From Amoebidium appalachense (Eukaryota; Protista; Ichthyosporea): DNA of 64,000 nucleotides. Positions 37,633-64,000 of the stretch are shown in pieces. The translations under genes were made by a program, and so were the position numbers. Where the stretch lies: assembly GCA_963693365.1 (NCBI GenBank), contig CAVNZM010000010.1:4028159-4092158 (forward strand), written 5' to 3'. Within the stretch, counting starts at the first letter, position 1; the number at the start of each line of letters is the position of its first letter. The notes beneath the pieces are model-generated. The model was not told where the DNA came from. It searched no databases and saw only the letters and a program-made list of their open reading frames with translations.

Positions 37633-38075
37633 CCGCCGCCGCCGCCGCCGCCACCGCCGGGAAGTATGGGGAAACGTTATCAACCCACACACACACCACA
37701 CACACATGTACGTGCCGTGACACACGTACACCCACAACACTCTCCAAAATGCCACAGTTTACCCGCCCCGTGACTGCCGCTAAGAAACTATGGCATCCAA
37801 TTCGATGTAACCATATCACGTATGTGGTAGCCTCCTTGACAAATGCATCGCCCGCGCGAGTCCAAATTAAACCCTTATGTGGAACCATCGCCTTTGTCAA
37901 ACCTTTGTTGTGACTCACACTAATACTATCCCAAATCCCAAAAGGCCAGCGAGTGCAGTGTTTAAAACCTAAAGATCACTCCAAGACTTTCTCACACAGT
38001 GGGTGTAGTATTTAAAATCTAAAGATCACTCCAAGGCTTCTTCTCATCACACAGTTGCTTTTCCCTTAGCATGCA

Positions 38076-39412
38076 TCACCCGTGGAGCCGCCCTACTGCC
38101 AACTTTGCACATTCGTCTTTGTGCCCAGCTTTCCAGTTTGCCGCTTGGCACTCCCACCCGCAATAAAACACAACCTTGCAGCCCCCGCAAACTTTGAACT
38201 CCTTACTGCTCTTTGTCACGTTACAATGGGTACACGACCATTGCAATGTCGTCGCATTCCATCTCCGCAACTCCATCAAGGCAAGATTCCGATGATCCTC
38301 CACTGTAAGGATGTCCACCCGAAACAGACATTGGCCCCTTTTGCCGACGTATCTTTTGTAACCGATAGCATCACGGACTTTCTGCTCAACTTGGTTCCAC
38401 AAATCCTGAACTTTGGCGTGATTGGAGTCGAGTGCCCCCTCATGTGCGATGTAGAGATGGGCGAGTGCGCGAGTATGCTCCTTTACAAAATGCTCTTCAT
38501 GGTAATGATTTGCTAATTTCAGGCCCCGTTTTATGCTTTTCTCTGCTTGGTGCACGTTACCGGTAGCACGCTGCTGCTGGAGCCCAAGAAACAAAAGGTA
38601 AAAGGAATTCATGTCATCACCCAAGAGCTCCACCCCCAAGCGTGCATATTTCTCCGTTGCCACATCATCACTCAACGCCAAGGCCAATTTTACGGTGCAT
38701 TGCATGGCGACAGAAAACACGTGCTTGTCGCTCTCGGCCATCTCAGACTCGCACTGCAGCCGGTGCTAAGCGCACTCGTTGTATCCGTGAAGAAACGAAG
38801 GAAGTCCACGTTTAGTTCAAAAAACTCTCTGTTCCTCGTGTGGCTGCTTTTGGCTCCTTTTGCAACGAGTGCATGTGTGTATCTATGGTTCTAATAACCT
38901 TCCACTCTTTTGTGGTCGTGGCAGGCTCAATGGCTGCTCGTAACAACTCAGCCATCAAACGCCTGTTCGCGTCCTTGGGGGTGAGGCCCTTCAAGTCTAT
39001 GGGGAATGCAACCATATATGAAGAAAAACTGTCGTGAAGTTGGATGAGGAATCTGCGATCCTTCGAAACGATAGTTACTCCGGCACCCTCAGGCCCAATG
39101 CTGTCGCCATCCGTGCCGCGAGAAAGCTCGTACAGAGCCACCGCGCCGACGCCATAGAACAGCAGCACACCGCTAGGGTCCCTCTCGCACTGTGCCTGCA
39201 GAAGCCGCCCTGCAGCCCCATCTTCCTCTTTACGCAAAACGGGCCTTGCATGGCGGCAACAAAGTTGTGCCTCGTTTTGCACAAAGCAACCCTACCAATA
39301 GCAAAGGCTGAGTGGTCAAACAGGCACGGAAAGTTTTTGAAGCCATTTCTGCACTGGGCGGCTGCTAGCGTGGCGTAGCTAAGACTGGCTCTCGTTGTGG
39401 TGCGGTAGTCAT
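38076..39412 (-). pseudogene. Intronless, disrupted gene with helical-repeat-like region and C-terminal MYND zinc finger
   Basis: ORF 38076-38741 ends in CTHC...CGGCKVVFYCGWECQAANWKAGHKDEC (zf-MYND). An in-frame TAG lies near 38762, and the protein-like ORF 38812-39282 is in another frame. The 221-aa 3' ORF could still be functional by itself. Confidence 0.6.
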
Positions 39413-40020
39413 GACTGCTCTATATAGTATACGTGCATGAAAGAAAGAGGGCTAATATGTTGGAAAACTTTTTCTGAGTCTTTGTGTCTTTTTCGGCATA
39501 AATAGAGAAAAACCTGGACGCAGAGCGCAAGTAACTTTGAACGTAAGTACTCCTGCTTACGTCATTTTGCAATTGAAACTTAGTCTAGGCTAATAGAAGA
39601 AAACCAATTTTCATTCACACAGTACGACAGATTTGGACTATTACCCATTTATGGTAGCCGTGCGCTACTGAGCCACCACGGGAATCCTCGTGCCGCGCCG
39701 TGCTAAAGGAACTTGAGGGGGAATCAAGTGAGCAAACCACGTGAAACCGGCGTAAAGAGCGCGCCAAACAAGCTCAAAATAGACCCAGCGAAGGTGGCGT
39801 AATTCTCCTCTGCGACATGCCTCATTGGCCCACGCACTGGCAGTTGGCGCACAACTGCACATCTAATTCAAACTCTCCATGGCTCCCCCCCCTCCCCCCC
39901 CCCCCCCCCCCCTCCTTCGGACGCACACACACGCATGCACACACACACACAAATGCACACACACGCTTACACACACACACGCACACACACGCACGCACAC
40001 ACACACGCGCGCGCACACAC

Positions 40021-40105
<85 letters not shown>

Positions 40106-40673
40106 CCCCCCCCCTCCACCCCCTGGATCACTAGGCCTGAGCCCCCCCCCCCCCCCCTCCCCCCCCACTCAGTTCCGGATGCCGGCCCCTCAATATGCCC
40201 CCCCCCCCCCCCCCCCCCCCCTTGTCCCCCCCCCCCCCCCCCTCGAGCTCCCCCCCGCCCAAAAAAAAAAAAAAAAAAAGAAAAAAGAAAAAAGAAAAAC
40301 CTTGCCTCCCCCCATACTTTCTCTCAGCCCCGCTCCCTCCTTCCATTCCAACCCCTGACGCCGCTGCTTTAATTCTCAGTTCCCCGTCATGCCCTTGAAA
40401 GGGATAGCAATTAATTTGCCGCACCTGGGCCTTTTATCCTGAATGACCCTCAGTTCAATTTCTTTTCTAGACATAATTATTCCTGCCGCAGTCGCTACGT
40501 GATTTCAGTGGTCCTTTAAGCTCATATGCACATGTGGGTATAAGAGAAAGCTTGTGGTGAGGGTTTGGTCGTAGTTTTAGGCTGAGATTTGGGTTTTTTT
40601 GATGTTTTTTTGTTTTCTCTTCTTCTTTTTTTTTAAAAAACAAAATGGAATTTGTTTCGATCGGGGCATCAAG

Positions 40674-41361
40674 CAGGGCTGAGATTGAATCTATTATAGT
40701 ACAACTGCGATAGACGCACTGAGATAGACGCTCAGATAAATTCACCAGATATCCAACTGGGAAGATTTTCAGGTGGACGGAGCTAGCTCGAGAGACTTAT
40801 AATGTGTTGGTTGTCATGGCAAAAGAGAATTTGCTCCACTCGGGCTGTGGTTAACCACGTTCTCTTTTCACTAACTATGGTACCAGCACGGGAGAAAAGT
40901 CTTTCACTGTCACCAGAGGATGCTGGTATTGCCAAATACCGCCTTGCCAGAGATGCAAGAAGCGGATACTCGGGGGCTAGGTATACACCCACGGTGTGGG
41001 CGCCATGCTCATGATGCGCCAATCACGCCTCCTGTGAATATCCGCACGCTAATTCTGGAAAGCATTAGCGTGGCATATCTGCTTCTTGCATGCAAGCTGC
41101 ATGCTACCGGTGAGTGTGCATGCTGGGGTGAGTTCTGCACACATGCATTCCATGACTGTAACGCCCAAACGTGTGCGGTTGAAGACCTGCCAGACATGTA
41201 AATACATATGCGGTGTATATTAGTATGGTTATCATATGCATGTGTGGCCGTGGGCTATCGATATCGATCTCGCTCACCCCGTCAGGGGCCGACCCCAAGA
41301 CATACACAACACGGCGCATAATCAGGATTTCACTGCCCACATGTACACGTATGCATGAGCA

Positions 41362-41403
<42 letters not shown>

Positions 41404-41548
41404 ACCACCACCACCACCACCACCACCCACCCAAAGTCGTAGGGCCCAAAGTCGAAAGTGGCACCCTCGGTGACTCGACTACGACTACACGACTTTACAA
41501 TTTCAGTGACTACGACTGACGAACAATAGTCAAGTCGGTACATCCCTG
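40674..41548 (-). mobile_element. hAT deletion derivative retaining the transposase C-terminal dimerisation domain
   Basis: 40783-~40980 encodes YPLLASLARRYLAIPASSGDSERLFSRAGTIVSEKRTWL (hATC motif). Ends are CAGGGCTG / CATCCCTG, and the flanking 8-mers GCATCAAG / TCGTCAAG match at 6/8. Confidence 0.8.
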
Positions 41549-41765
41549 TCGTCAAGCCGGCACCATATACAAGGTATCGTTATTAGAGTAAAGTTCGATT
41601 TTTTTTTTTTGCATGAGACAAAGGATAAGTGTATTTCTAATCTCGTGCAACTTTTATTTGGTAAGTTTCCTATCAACTTCATGTTCACATTAGAGCATAA
41701 ACTTGGTCGTCTCCGTCCTGGTGACCTCGATCTCGATCTCGTGAAATTTACGGTCCTCAAGAGGG
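41549..41765. mobile_element. Right-end fragment of the same piggyBac-like family
   Basis: Aligns with 35555-35778. Its terminus CGGTCCTCAAGAGGG is the near-perfect inverse of the left end CCTCTTGAGGCCCG at 35224. Confidence 0.65.
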
Positions 41766-42751
41766 TTTTTTTTTTTTTTTTTTTTTTAAAAAAAATAAAA
41801 ATAAAAAAAAAATAAATGATATAGCCTTGCATCGATATCAGTACGTACAGTTCAAATGCAGTATTTATCCGTCTTTGGCCAACAGCAAACTTCACCGATT
41901 TGTTCATGAAATTTTCTTAGAATAAAAAGTTTTTATAAAACAATAAGAAAAGTAGGCCAATAAAAAAAGGTTTTTATAAAACAATAAAAAAGGTTGGAAT
42001 AAAAAAAAGTTTCTATAAAACAATAAAAAGTTAGGAATTTGGCGCGACTCATGCCATAGATGGAAGTGCAGCCTAATATAAGATCTTGGGATAGATGTGT
42101 GTGACGTCGTCACATTTATTGATACCGTTCTTTGTACAATCTATGTACAAGTTTCAACTCTCAAAATTTCAGTTCATTATTAGAGCATAAAAATGCACGT
42201 ACAGTCATTCGGATATACGTACCGGATCAACTTTTTGTATTTAAGGTGCGTACTTACACTTTACTTATGTACATACAAACCCCTGTATGCATTTGGATGG
42301 TACCGAATAAAATTCATTCTAACCCCGCATGTAGCCAAGAGCTCCAGATGGGCGTGTTGGGGGGGAAGGGGGGGGGGGGGGGGGGGGAGGGATGGGAGCA
42401 GCGAGAACCTGCCTCCTCGTGGGAAAGGGCATTTGTAAAAACTATTCAACAACCAGCAGCAAATCAGCCATATCTGAATGTGCTTCATATGTACAACCGT
42501 GCCACTGATAGCCTCTTTAGCGCGTACCTAATACATTAAAACTACATTTACCGGTTGACACACTTTGATCATTCAAAAAACATACAAGTGAACACACATT
42601 GCTGCCGCCTGCAGATTTCTAAACAATCCGTGACCATGCAACTGTAAATGTTGCAACCACACATCCACACATTTAAGTATGAGCGTGTACAGATTGTCGT
42701 AGGGGCAAGCAAGGAAACGATAAAGGGAATGAACGAAGGTGGACATCATGT

Positions 42752-42858
<107 letters not shown>

Positions 42859-42902
42859 CGCGCTTGTGTGCGCATGTGCACATGTGCGTGTGTCACAGTG
42901 CG

Positions 42903-42940
<38 letters not shown>

Positions 42941-43054
42941 CGTGTGCGTGTGCGCGCACGTGTTTGTGTGAGTGAGTAAGTGTGTGTGTGTATAATTGGG
43001 GGAGAAACGGGTGGGGAGGCGGGGAGGAGGAGGGGGGGGGGGAGGGAGCGGAGG

Positions 43055-63017
<19,963 letters not shown>

Positions 63018-64000
63018 GCTCTACTTCGAATTGGGCAAGTCATCCAAGTCCGTGCATCGCTACGTGTACCCAAGCTGCCTGAACACAGATGCAACACACA
63101 CACACAAAGACACACACAGATCAAGCCCTTTCTCTCCTCAGCTCCAACCCCCCCACCCCCCACCCCTCCCCCTCTCCCCCCCTCTTCTTTCCCTCTCTCC
63201 CCCCCCTCCCCTCCTGCCATCATCGGATGGTTCCTGCCTCCAGCTGCCCCAGCCCCAACCTTCACACACCATTTTCCAGCTGTGTTCCGAACCCGCCACA
63301 CTCTGCCAAGTGCCCTCCCCCACCCAGTGCTGCCCCCCTCCTCCCTCTCCCCCTTCCCCCCAGTCTCATCAGAACACGTCGTCTTCAGCAACATCCCATC
63401 AGCCCACAACTCCATCTCTCTCATTCTCTCCCTCTCCCTCTCTCCTCCCTCCCCCTTCCCTCCCTTCTCCCCCCCCCACCCCCCCCCCCCTTTCCCCCTT
63501 CCACCATCACCATCACCACCCCACTCCATCACTACCACAACAACCACAACCACTACCACCCACACACACCTTCTCTGGGGGTGTCTGCGGTGTTGCCTGT
63601 GCCGTCGTTCGGGTCCCCAATAGGTCCTCCGCCGCAACGTTTAGGAGCTTTTTGGGATCCCATTTTGTCTTCAAATTTTGAAACATGCTTGCGTTCTTTT
63701 CTGCAACATGCAGATCTCAGCCACTACGAAAAACTACTTAGATCTCAGTGTGTGTTCCTTTCCTATCTTTGCTAGTCTGCGATCCTAGCTAACCCATCCA
63801 CACGATGGCTTTTTGGAACAATGTGGTGAAAGAAAAAACCACCCTCCCCTCTTTTCGGGTTTTTTCTTCTGGTAGTAACAAGAAATAAGTCAGGGAACTT
63901 CGCTCAAGCTGAGCACGGCATTGTGACCTCCGGCGTGTACGTATTCTGGAAAGAAAAATATGTTTTGGTGTATCTAAAGCTACTCATTCGGTTTTCCTTA

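Noticed and set aside
39665-39862. Short minus-strand ORF upstream of the MYND gene
   Set aside because: No recognisable motif or splice context, so it cannot be supported as coding.

Overview
This is eukaryotic DNA with very long, repeat-filled introns (G/C homopolymers, (CA)n/(GT)n, (GA)n). I infer a unicellular opisthokont/holozoan from the gene content, but the taxon cannot be determined here. Nearly all ORFs in the supplied track are microsatellite artefacts. Splicing exons by hand gives five host genes: prefoldin 6 (-, partial), RagA/B GTPase (+), a membrane protein with a C-terminal RING finger (-), TMCO1 (+) and a GRIP-domain golgin of the GCC1/GCC88 type (-). There is also a decayed, intronless MYND-finger gene. 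Mobile DNA includes an APE+RT LINE interrupted by an inverted, 5'-truncated copy of itself (8-bp TSD), hAT and TTAA-type MITEs, and more than 15 copies of short retroposon-like repeats that always abut a G-run. The strongest signal is in these short repeats: three divergent subfamilies conserve a full hammerhead-ribozyme core (CUGANGA, GAAA, GUH, three covarying stems) whose segments are in a non-circularly permuted order. The repeats and the LINE end in ...AA(A)C(C)n rather than poly(A), which points to a C-tailed or G-run-targeting retroposition system that could generate this genome's homopolymer load. Partial duplicates ('echoes') of exon ends also recur in introns of four genes. All alignments and RNA folds were done by eye.
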